NCBI GenBank assembly: GCA_964016885.1
Contig: OZ024741.1
Coordinates: 286,192,001 to 286,256,000 of the forward strand
DNA: 64,000 nucleotides
Source: Eledone cirrhosa
Taxonomy: Eukaryota
Reading direction: 5' to 3'
Under the pieces are notes generated by a model. The model saw only the letters and a list, made by a program, of their open reading frames with translations. It was not told where the DNA came from and searched no databases. Made by a program: the position numbers and the translations under genes. Shown in pieces: positions 30,307 through 42,857 of this stretch. Numbering within the stretch: position 1 is the stretch's first letter; each line of letters opens with the position of its first letter.

Positions 30307-31826
30307 GGAAGCAGAAAATTGCTTTTCGTGATCCAGTTCGTGGTTATGAAAGCCAGTTTCATGGATGGTTTCAACGTACGGTTAGGGGTAACTCCACAAG
30401 TTTGTAAGAATTCCGTTCAATCTTGGAGTATAAGGTATAAAAGAGAAAACACGGGTAAGCATTAAGAGAAGGATTTTATCCAGGTATTTACGACCGTTTC
30501 ATTGGTAAGTGCAACCTTATATTGCTATACTGCAAATAGCAGCCACTTAATTATAATTGTTGTTCACAGTCCAAATTTACAAAATAGTGAGTAAGTTACT
30601 CTTGAAATAATTCTTAATATATAGAGAAAAACATTTATTTGGAATTGTATTTACTCGTATAGAGAGAGAGGAATCAGGTGAGGGGACAAACGGAATAGTA
30701 TATAGAGAGAGAGAGGAAGGGGATAGAGTTAAGAAGTAGAGTGACAAATTGAGATGGAGGGAGGGGTAGAGGTGGAAGGATTCCTTGATCAGTTTTGATA
30801 TGTAGACTTCATGTCGTGGAATGTTAAAGAGAATTAAATTGATCATAGTGGGAGGAAGGGATAGAGAGAGGGGGAGATATAAAGAGATAAATATATATAT
30901 AAAAAATAAAGATAAAGATAATAATGACAAAATTAAAAGCAAAGAATGTGGGGGGGGGGGGGGGGAGAAAGAAGAAAATAAAATATAGTTAAAATACCGG
31001 AGTGGTATGAGAAGCTGTCGATTATGTGACCTTGAGCTGTTCCACATCTTGACTTCGAAGAATAAGTTACTCAACAATAAAATCGAAAAATCAATTTATT
31101 GTAACCATAGACTCAAAGAGAAGTTTTCGCACTACAAGTGCAAATCGAACCCTTAACCTCTTACTACCAACTGACAAACTGCATATACTTAGACTTTATA
31201 CCCTCTTGTATCTAAACCCTTTTAATTACCCACAAAAACCAATACCTATATCCCCCCCTTCTTCATTCCTGTTCTATTTCTTCTATTTCTTCCTTCCTTC
31301 CCTCCCCTTTTTGACTATCTTTTCTTTTCTTCTTTCTCCCCCCCCCCCCCATTCTTTGCTTTTATTTTTGTCATTATTATCTTTATCTTTATTTTTTATA
31401 TATATATTTATCTCTTTATATCTCCCCCTCTCCCTCTCTCTCTCTATCCCTCCCTCCCACTATGATCAATTTAATTCTCTTTAACTCACTACATTCCACG
31501 ACATGAAGTCTACATATCAAAATTGACCAAGGAATGCTTCCACCTCTACCACTCCCTCCATCTCAGTTTGTCACTCTACATCCTAACTCTACCGCCTTCC
31601 TCTCTCTCTACTATTCCGTTTGACCCTCACCTTCTGATTCCTCTCTCTCTCTATACTAGTAAATACAATTCCAAATAAATGTTTTTCTCTATATATTAAG
31701 AATTATTTCAAGAGTAACTTACTCACTATTTTGTAAATTTGGACTGAACAACAATTATAATTGAGTGGCTGCTATTTGCAGTATAGCAATATAAGGTTGC
31801 ACTTGCCAATGAAACGGTCGTAAATA
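30302..31826. mobile_element. Fold-back Naiad-like PLE (~510-bp arms) with GIY-YIG C-terminus in the spacer
   Basis: Arms ~30485-30990 and ~31312-31826; + strand 30992-31156 reads KYRSGMRSCRLCDLELFHILTSKNKLLNNKIEKSIYCNHRLK; GAAACGGTCGTA HHR half; tail 30302-30484. Confidence 0.85.
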
Positions 31827-31860
31827 AGCATTAAGAGAAGGATTTTATCCAGGTATTTAC

Positions 31861-32331
31861 ATATATTAATAAATGGAAATTATATTTATAAAACCATAAT
31901 TATTTTATTATATATATTTCAAGGGCGACCAAGGTTAATTATGGTGCGCTTTCATCAGAAAAAAAAAAGATTTGTTTTATAAATAAATTTTGACATACAC
32001 GGAAAAAAGACAACCTCAACGGTTGAAATTCGCTGGATAGTCAGCGAATTTCAGATACTATCCAGCGAATTTCAAACGTTGAAGTTGTCTTTTTCCGGGT
32101 ATGTCAATATTTATTTATAAAACAAATCTGTATTTTATCTGATGAAAGCGCACCTTGATTTACCTTGGTCGCCCTTGAAATATATATAATAAAATAATTA
32201 TGGTTTTATAAATATAGTTTCCATTTATTAATATATTGTATATTTACTCCACTAAGCTGTTGAGTGCTTTATATCAATAACAATAAATGTTTAAGCTTCT
32301 TGAATCCCAACAAATTAAATATAAACTCTGC
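31861..32331 (+). mobile_element. Fold-back PLE insertion with HHR (same family as 39186-39502)
   Basis: Inverted arms span 31861-32236; HHR 32131-32196 tattttat-CTGATGA..GAAA-TATATA-TA-ataaaata; tail runs to (TA)n. Confidence 0.85.
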
Positions 32332-32340
32332 ATATATATA

Positions 32341-32421
<81 letters not shown>

Positions 32422-32780
32422 TATATATATATAATATATATATAATATATATATAATATATTTATTATATATATATATATAATATTTATATATATATAAA
32501 TAATATATATATATATAATATATATATAGATATATTATATATCTTAACTATATTAAAGGGAGGAGTACGGGACAGCGTCCAGAATATATTTTTAATCCCG
32601 TTTGTAAAATGAGTTGGATTACTTTGAATAGATAATGAATGAATATTACATAATTTATCTACTCAATTTCGTAACAAATGATTAATCATAAATAATTGTA
32701 TTGCATATTTCAAGATTCACTTCTTTTAAAAGATTTAAATTTCAATACTTCCGGTATATCGTCACAACGGCGACCACCAC

Positions 32781-32817
<37 letters not shown>

Positions 32818-32824
32818 GTGTGTG

Positions 32825-32890
<66 letters not shown>

Positions 32891-32896
32891 GAGATA

Positions 32897-33714
32897 GTGT
32901 GTAACGTTTTTCGAAATATTTACTTCTGCGTTCACAGATTTATTATTTTAGTTTCAGAAGATCCCGTTAAGGGTGAAAGCAGCGATTCTTTGCTTAAACT
33001 TTAATCTGTTATTTTAATATATATATATAATTATATATTCGTGTACAGATATTTTTGCATGCACATATAAACAAAACTATTTATTTCGCGATAAACTATT
33101 GATTTTCTTCGAACGGAAAGAAAACCCGATGAACTTTTTTTATAAGCACAAAATGTAGACACCAACCCGAGGCCGAGGTATTCCGTAATTCTCTGTACTA
33201 TTATTTAAATATTCGTGTACAGATATTTTTTGCATACACAATAACAAAATATAAAAAAACGTATTTACTTCACGAGGGTCGAGAAGGATAAATATATATC
33301 GAATATATAAAAACCCTAGAGCAAATCCCGAGCAACGCCGGGCTATTCAGAAGATCCCGTTAAGGGTGAAAGCAGCGATTCTTTGCTTAAACTTTAATCT
33401 GTTATTTTAATATATATATATATATATATATATAATTATATGTTCGTGTACAGATATTTTTGCATACACATATAAATAAAATATAAACAAACGTATTTAT
33501 TTCACGAGGCTCGATAAGGAAAAATATATATCAAATATATAAGAACCCTAGAGCAAATCCCGAGCAACGCCGGGCCATACTGCTAGTATATATTAAAATA
33601 ACAGATTTAAAGTTTAAGCAAAGAATCGTTGCTTTCACCCTCAACGGGATCTTCTGAAACTAAAAAAAATCAATCTGTGAACGTAGAAGTAAATATTTCG
33701 AAATACGTTACACA

Positions 33715-33782
<68 letters not shown>

Positions 33783-33985
33783 ATAATAATAAATTTGAAG
33801 ACTAAAATCCAAAGAGGCCTCGATAAGGATAAATATATATCAAATATATAAGAACCGTAGAGCAAATATTTATTAAAATAACAGATTAAAGTTTAAGCAA
33901 AGAATCGCTGCTTTCACCCTTAACTGGATCTTCTGAAACTAACAAAGTCAATCTGTGAACGCAGAAGTAAATATTTTAAAAAGTG
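32897..33985. mobile_element. Cluster of rearranged Helitron-like non-autonomous units
   Basis: Hairpin CCCGAGCAACGCCGGG followed by CTAG|T at 33559-33587; ~100-bp module in 4 copies, two in each orientation. Confidence 0.6.
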
Positions 33986-33989
33986 TTGC

Positions 33990-34342
33990 ATCCGGAGGAA
34001 GACAGGAAGACGAACTTTGGTTCGTAGAAACGTTCCCTGGTAGAGCCGCTACTTCTCCGAATTGAGAGATCACAGCTCCGATATTATGAGCATGTGGTTA
34101 GAATGTCTCAGTAAAGAATCGCTGGACAGATTTTACAGCCAAAACCAACCGGCAGGAAATCCAGAGGTAGACCCCGCCCGAGCAAGATAGTTGGATAATA
34201 TCCATGGGCTTGGCTGGTAACGCTTTGGGATTCAGCTGGATCAGTTAGAGATGTTTGCTACTGACAGACTAACTGGAAGGAGTGTTTGAGGAGGAATCTG
34301 CCCCCACGACCTTCTCAGAAATAAGTGGGTGAAGAAGAAGAT
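33990..34342 (+). mobile_element. RTE-clade LINE 3' end
   Basis: QLRYYEHVVRM..KPTGRKSRGRP..; short (GAA)n tail. Confidence 0.7.
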
Positions 34343-34521
34343 ATTGTCAATGTACTTTTCAATTTACATATCATAACTATAAGCATATATATTTGCATAT
34401 AAAACCAATACGCACACTACATATGCTAGCAGAAAACCGCACTCGGGCGGTTTTTCTGCTAGTATATATAAATAAGTAGTGTAAGTCAACATGTTAAAAT
34501 TAACTTCGTTTATTCATATTC

Positions 34522-34580
34522 GCTGTTATATATATTTCGGTGACAACCATTATTCAACAGCTATGACCTCATCGGACAGC
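34522..34580 (-). ncRNA. Degenerate hammerhead related to the 17289 family
   Basis: gctgt-CCGATGA-ggtcatagc..gttgtcacc-GAAA-TATATA-TA-acagc, followed by aataaacgaag as in the 17-kb element. Confidence 0.7.
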
Positions 34581-35119
34581 TAGAACTTGAACTTAAAAAA
34601 CAGAAAAACATAATGGTGGAACAAAGTTTATCTCCGTTATTTTGGTTCTTTAATATGCCCTATCCCGAAGTATGGTGTTATTTTTTCAAATGAATAGTGT
34701 CATATGATTTAGAATGAACGAATTCAAGCATCAGTAGAATTTACGTTCTCCTCATTGGTCAGATACTATCTTAACACTCCACTGCCAATCTATTGAATTT
34801 CTTAGGTCCGTTGTCCTAGAAACAGGTCAGTGTTTTAGGTTTGTTTTTACCAACCAACTATAATAATTGTATGTACCTAGAAAACAGGGGCGTTTTGGTC
34901 TAGTTGGCCAAGTTGGCCTTAGTGGCAAGTGATGTAAACATGTTACTACTACCCCTCATTTTGCGGTAGTATTGGGGTTGTTAATGAAAATTCACATGTG
35001 TAACCAGTTATGGGTTCATTTGGGAATGTGTATGCTTATCAATATTAAGAATCCTGATAGTAGGAGGTGTTAAAATTATAACTGTAGGTGTTAAACACTA
35101 TAATCCATATTGTAAACTC

Positions 35120-35248
35120 ATAATTGTTTCTACTTTTGGCACAAGGCCAGCAATTATCCCAGTGTATTACTGGTACTTTATTTTATCGACCCTGTAAGGA
35201 TGAAAGGCAACGTTAACCTCGGCGGGATTTGAACTGAGTCCGTAAAGT
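35120..35248 (-). mobile_element. SINE fragment
   Basis: Match to the dominant SINE core. Confidence 0.85.
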
Positions 35249-35324
35249 CAATACAAACTGATATTACTTCTATTTTCATCCCTCTAAAGGGTACATGTGT
35301 GTCTATGTATGTGTGTGTATGTGC

Positions 35325-35364
<40 letters not shown>

Positions 35365-35459
35365 ATATGTGTACATAGATATGTTTATATATATATGTGT
35401 GTGTGTATGCGCGCGCGCGCGTGTGTGTGTCTGTGTATATATATATATATACACACACA

Positions 35460-35501
<42 letters not shown>

Positions 35502-35511
35502 TGTGTATATA

Positions 35512-35578
<67 letters not shown>

Positions 35579-35617
35579 TTATATAATAAGTAGGAACGAA
35601 GTGTCAAAGTATCATCA

Positions 35618-35827
35618 CTAAGTCTATTCATTTGTGACGCACGTTTCATAATTGATTAGCTTATGGTACACTCCGTATCGATCGGGTCCGACTTTGGAAT
35701 CAATAGCTCATCAGACTCATGGATTCCTTAATGATGTGGTATTGATACCAGAGTCGGGTTCGATCGATATGGAGTGTACCTTGAGCTTATCCATCGCGCA
35801 ACGCGCGTCACACCTGAATAAACTTAA
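35618..35827. mobile_element. Imperfect palindromic MITE-like element
   Basis: ~88-bp inverted arms (GGTACACTCCGTATCGATCG / CGATCGATATGGAGTGTACC); TAA/TTA at the ends. Confidence 0.6.
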
Positions 35828-36210
35828 TGATGATGAAATAAATGATTGAGTGAATGAAAGAAAAGAAGAAATAAAGAAAAAAAAACAAAGAAAGGGAGTT
35901 ATAAAAGAAGGAAAGAAAGAGGAAAGCAAGAAAATATAAAAGAGCCAAAAGAAATATAAGAAAATATCCACAACAGTATTAACATTAACAGTTCTATTGG
36001 GGTTGGACAGATATAGATATATAAAAAGTACATGATAAAATGACAAGTCAGATACTTTCACATCTCCTTTTTAAAGAATTGCCACTCCTTATTTTAATGT
36101 TTTCTTGTAGTTCTCTAAATGACTTATGCATATTAGTGATGATCTTGTAATCATATGAACTATTTTCGAGCAATAATATGTGTGTGAGTATGAGAGAGAG
36201 AGAGTGTGTG

Positions 36211-36345
<135 letters not shown>

Positions 36346-36528
36346 TTGCGTCTGTGCGTGCGTGTGTGTCTGTGCGATTGCGTGTGTGTGTGTGTGTGTT
36401 TATATGTTTCATCTTTTATTTCTCGTTCTATCCTCTGAGGAAGAACTGGTGTCCAAAACGTAAAGACTCTTTTCCAAATATATCAAGTGTTTAACTAATA
36501 TATTTGTTCATCGCTTTGTTTCTGTTTT

Positions 36529-36630
<102 letters not shown>

Positions 36631-37979
36631 TGTGTCTGTGTGTGTATACGTACAAGTTAATATATATATATGCACATATGTTAACTTCGATCTCCTCATG
36701 GTACTATAGCAGATTTTGATAGGTTGAGTTACGTTTCCCTACATTTTGACTTTATTTGCTTTACGTTGTTTTTGTTTTGTTTCTTTTTCAGTAAATCTAT
36801 CTCCCACTAGATCGTTAACATTATTTCAACAATAAACAATAGATGTTAACATTACATTGGGCCGAAGCCAACTGATGAATTTCCAAAGAGTCTCCAAGAA
36901 CCGTCACATTAAGTGATCTGTCAATCAAAAATTTAAAAAACACAGGGTATTATCTGACAGCGAATGTCCTGCTTGTGTTTTCACTTTCCCTTTGGTTTTT
37001 ATTTTGTTTCGCTATATTTTAATATGCTATTAAATTTTGTATTTTATTTTTTAAGTATATGTTTTCTTTCGAAGTAAATTTTCTTAACGTGTCGGATTCT
37101 ATAACATAATGGAACTAAAGATAATATTTCGTTCATATGTATGTGTGTACGTGTACGCGTGTGCATGTGTGTGCACTATTATCACACATACAAGGTCAAG
37201 ACTATGTCTTCAGTAGACGTAGAATGGGCTAAAGAAAGTTTGAATTAAGAGAATGGAAGAGGAGCGAGGAGATTAATATGTTATAACACACAAAATAGTC
37301 TCTCCTGATAACTGATAGAATTATTTTGGACAAATTTTGCTTTATCAGCAGACACCAGGTGAAAGATTGCTAAAAATGTTCTGTAAGGAAATGAAATGTT
37401 AATTCAATCGATTGTCTACAGCACAACGATCTCAATAAATCTACTTTCGTCGGAAAATATTATTTGCTGACTACATTTGAATTTAAAATAAATAAATGAA
37501 TAATTTAAATATTTCTATTTTAATTATGTATTGTTATTGCCAAGCAGTGAATCGGTGAATCGTTAGGGCGTCGGATTAAGACAGGTATTTGTTCCGACTC
37601 ACTGAGCTTTGAGTTTGAATCCAACCAAGACCATCATTGTCTTTCTTGCTTTCCACGTGGATAAATAATTGGTGGTTTCATTCGCGCCAGTCACCAATTT
37701 GTTTCTTTCCTCGGACCCACGAAGTCTAGGCTTTTTTAGAGGTGGCTTTTACTCGCCTCGTCCTAGCTACATCAATTCTTAGGAGCTAACAGTGTTACCC
37801 ATTGTTCCATATTCTCTTATGTTTGCCGCTGTTGATCGACGGTTGCTTATTCGTCCGATAAGCGTCCACTAAATCGCAACTAACCATCATATCTGGTGGC
37901 CGTATCACTATCCACTGCACGCGACCTGGGGCCTGGATCTCTAGAAAGGCATCTAAGCAATGTCAATCGAATGTGATAA

Positions 37980-38800
37980 ACCTAATTTTAAAAAAGGAAT
38001 ACACGCGAAATTGATGCACTTATAGAGGGATCTCCTTGTTAAAACTCCTCCCGGTAAAGTCTGGGGTACGTGTCTGGCCAAGAATGTAAGGATATTGTCG
38101 AGATCCAGCTAAATTACGATCAGTGGGATTTTCGCCCCGGACGCAGCATATCCGACCAAATATTCACACATGGGCACATTTTTGAGAAATCGTGACTATA
38201 GTGCCAAGAGGTGTATTCTTGCTTTGTGCAACTCGAATAGACATATAACCGCGTTCCACGGGATATCGTGTGGAAGGTTCTACAGTAGTATGGGATCGAT
38301 GGACAGTTTCTTGTTACCCTGGTGTCTCTGAATCTATGTCCTAGTATTTTTTTTTCGGATAAATGGTGCCAAGTCGAAACCCTTCACTTTGACTGTCGGT
38401 CTCCACCAAGGGTACGTACTGACATCTCTCCTGTTCATAATCGTCATGGACAGGAATGACATGCGTGGCCAGGTTGGAAGTGGTATCGAGACTTGCTGAT
38501 GTAAAATCAGTCAGCTGGAATTTGCCGACGACACGGTACTACTTAACTCGTCAGAAGGTGATCTCCGACATGCACTTGATAGGTTTGCTGTCGAGTGTTG
38601 CACAGCGGGAATAAAAATCAATGCTGTAGATATTGAGACACTCGTCTTCTAAAGTAAGTATTTGCAGTGCACTCTGCATGTGAGTGGAGGTCCGACAAAG
38701 CAGGTGAAGAAGTCAAGTATATCGAGGCCGTATTCATGAGTGATGGAAAGCAGGAGTCTAAATTATGTGCAACAATTGCAGGAGCTGGTGCGGTAATGCA
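37980..38800 (+). mobile_element. Decayed RTE-clade RT fragment
   Basis: DFRPGRSISDQIF, RVPR..W, GLHQG..SLLFIIVMD, FADD, KYI; many stops. Confidence 0.8.
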
Positions 38801-39021
38801 CTGTGTGTGTCTGTGTCTAAATATAATTTTGATGTATATAAATATCTTAAAATATACATTTGTAAATTAAATGTTTAATTTTTCTTATATTAAACAGACA
38901 ACATATTAACATGCACACAAATATGCGTCATACAAACGTGTAAGTATGCATATATATGTATGTGAGTGTGAGTATAAGTTGTATACATATATGTATATAT
39001 ATATATATGTATATATGTATA

Positions 39022-39126
<105 letters not shown>

Positions 39127-39185
39127 ATATATATATATATACATAGATATGTATAAATTCATATATATATATATATATATATATA

Positions 39186-39500
39186 AGTAGAAGTTGTATT
39201 TAATTTGTTGGAAGTCCGACAAACATAAATGTTTATAACTGATTTAGAGCACTCAACAAGTTACTGGAGTAAATATTCAATGATATTAAATAAATGGAAA
39301 CTATATTTATAAAACCATATTTATTTTATTATATATATTTCAAGGGCAACCAAGACAACATTGGTACACTTTCATCAGATAAAACAAACTTTGTATTTTA
39401 TCTGATGAAAGCGTACCAATGTTGTTTTGGTTGCCCTTGAAATATATATAATAAAATAAATATGGTTTTATAAATGTAGTTTCCATTTATTTAATATCAT

Positions 39501-39502
<2 letters not shown>
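39186..39502 (-). mobile_element. Fold-back PLE insertion with HHRs, inside (TA)n
   Basis: Inverted arms span 39278-39502 with apex ~39390; HHR on + at 39394-39458 plus mirror copy; tail 39186-39277. Confidence 0.85.
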
Positions 39503-39568
<66 letters not shown>

Positions 39569-40818
39569 TGGGTTTGAATCTATGTTGTCAACAATTTGTG
39601 TGTGTGCGTATGTGTGAGTGTGTAATTGTGTGTGTGTTTGAATGTGTCTGTAAAGGCATATCTTCTAAACTCCTATATATAGACATAAATACACACATGT
39701 ATTCATACATTGCTATACTTTAAAATGGCAATCTTGCTAACCAGAATTAAGAATTAAGTTATTTATCGTTGGACGCATTCTATCTATTTCAGAAGTCTAA
39801 TTCAATTTAAGATATGATTGAATTACAAAAGTGTTACAAATAGAAATATAGACGTTGTTAAACGAAGAATTACATCCGCTGGAGGCATTATAGAAGGAAT
39901 CGGCAATGGATACCATGTCGAGTCGAATTTTATTGGAAGTATATAGACTGATACTTATCTGAATTGATGTTATCATTGTTACAAGTCGTGAAAGGCTTCA
40001 ATACCGTTTACTTAAGAATCTTTCTGCAAAGGGTACTCTCGTGTCTCAAATAATCGTCCCTCCACCCCGTTTGTTAATTTTTATGAATTTTTCCACCCCA
40101 CATCACTTATTAAATATTGCTAATCTATCTCCGACGAAAGTTTATTTTAAGTGGTAACATTCCTGTGACAATTAATTTTCTGTAGACATTAAACAACATT
40201 ATACATGATTAAAAAAAAGAACATTACACGAAGATACATACGTTGTAAAATAAATAGGATGGATTTTGGTGACAATATGTAAACTAAACGACTAACAGAA
40301 AAATTACCGATTTTAAAGCCTCCCATTATTTGGGACCCGAGAGTACTTCCTTTTGCTCTAGTTTTAACAAAATTAAAAGCAAATAGAAAAATTGAAAAAT
40401 GAAAAAGTTTTTAGTTGTTTACGATTTTATTTGTCCATTTATTGTCTCTGAAAGTTGACCTCACCATGATATGAACTCAAAATGTTAAGTGCTGTAATAA
40501 ACAGAGATCTGCCAAATAATTTAGGTTCTTGTGTATCAATTTCTTCGATGCTCTTTACAACTTCACATCTTTGAAGGTCTGTTTGATGCTTTTTTTTCCA
40601 TTTGGGACTTTTATAAATATATGCATAATGCCCGCAGTTACACAGGACAAACAACAGCTGCATGTTTGCCACTTCAGCCACCTTACTGGAACGAATATCC
40701 CAAAGTACTTTATCCGACGTACTAATGATTCTGCCAATTCCCCACCGTTATATATATATATATATGTGTGCGTGTGTGTGTGTGTGTGTGTGTATTTGTG
40801 TCTATATATATACCTCCA

Positions 40819-40858
<40 letters not shown>

Positions 40859-40999
40859 CGATTTAATCAGTCGTGAAGCAATTTATTTGATATTTACGTA
40901 TTTAATACCTGCTGGTATCATTATAACATTCATAACATTGAACAGTTATTGCAAACCAGATTCGATGCAATGTACACAAATATTTCAATAGAATCTCAC

Positions 41000-41062
41000 A
41001 AAAGGAAAGAAAGAAAGAAAGAAAGAAAGAAAGAAGGAAAGAAAGAAAGAAAGAAAGAAGGA

Positions 41063-41122
<60 letters not shown>
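41000..41122. repeat. (GAAA)n microsatellite
   Basis: Directly visible. Confidence 0.95.
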
Positions 41123-41425
41123 ATGGTAGCAAAGTAAAAAATGCGTTGGGTGAGAAAGAAATGGATTATTTTACTGCTTCATATCCATAGAGATATATAA
41201 CTGTTATCTGTTGTGGATAATGTCTGAAAGATATTGTGTTAATTATGGTTGGACGCTTTCTTAATGACAAGACAAGATTAACATTCCTTCTTTAAAAACG
41301 GGGAAATGTTACTCTGTGACTCCCATATTTTCCATCAATCTCCGTGTGTATGTATATGAACAGTCACACACATACACCTACACATACGTACATACTCTAC
41401 CTCTCTCTCTCTCTCTCTCACTCTC

Positions 41426-41462
<37 letters not shown>

Positions 41463-41665
41463 CTCTCTCTCTCGATCTCTCTCACTCATACAACTCACAC
41501 AATATACTTATATATATATATATTATTTTATACATATCTAATATAGCAGCGTGTATATGCATGTGTTTGTGCGTAATGTATATCCACACACCTACACACA
41601 CATATATATATATATATATATATCTAGTATATATATATATATATATACAGTATATATGTATATTA

Positions 41666-41757
<92 letters not shown>

Positions 41758-41760
<3 letters not shown>

Positions 41761-41942
41761 TTTTAATATAGATGAGATTCTACAGGACTAGAACTGTTTC
41801 ATTCATTAGAAATCATCAGATGATTTCTAATGAATGAAACAGTTCTAGTCCTGTAGAATCTCATCTATATTAAAACTTTTATACTCTGCTATGTATTGAG
41901 TACCTTACTTACTGTGGTTACCTCCGATTCAACCCGGAATAA

Positions 41943-41945
<3 letters not shown>
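41758..41945 (+). mobile_element. Small fold-back PLE insertion in (TA)n
   Basis: Arms 41758-41816 and 41820-41878; apex inside CTGATGA; GAAACAG..CTGTA stem III; tail 41879-41945. Confidence 0.85.
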
Positions 41946-42011
<66 letters not shown>

Positions 42012-42077
42012 GTATATACATATATATATACACAGACACACACATATATATATACATATATATATATATATACACAG

Positions 42078-42162
<85 letters not shown>

Positions 42163-42169
42163 CACACAG

Positions 42170-42220
<51 letters not shown>

Positions 42221-42857
42221 TACACACACACATATATATATATATATATAGGAGGGTGAATTACTGATTTATAACGAACCTGGATAAATAAGGTGTAAAC
42301 AGAATGAATCGACGAGATTTTCACTCGGCGACTCTTTGAGAATGGTTAATAACAATTCGTGGTGATAATATCAAAAGATATCTTATCCCAATGCATAATG
42401 ATTTCAAAAGCCTGCAATATAAACAGTGTCGCCCTGGTATTCTCAATGATGATTGCAGCGGATAAAAGTAAGGAAAAGAGAAAGGAAAGAAAGAGAAGGA
42501 AATATGTCAAAGAAATAAATGATATCTATGTAAACAGATAATAAATAGAGAGATAGAGATAGAGAGAGAGACAGATAGATAGACAGATAGATATGTTTCT
42601 TTTATTTGCCACCAGGGCATCAAAAGTGGGACAAGTACAATGGGGGGAGTTTACAAAACAAGGCGTCCTCAATAAGGAGGAGGCAATAACAATATATAAA
42701 AATAAAATAAGATATAACAAAAAATAAAATTTATAACAAAGTCCTCAATAGAGAGGAGGCGCCTTGGGGGGTCGCACACACCCCCGAAAAAAGTGTGCAA
42801 CCCTTCTCCTCAGGAGCACAGAGAAGGGGTGCTCCCTTGGTCTTTCATCTTCCTCAC

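Noticed and set aside
40439-40681. 80-aa ORF in unique sequence
   Set aside because: No recognisable motif or exon boundaries
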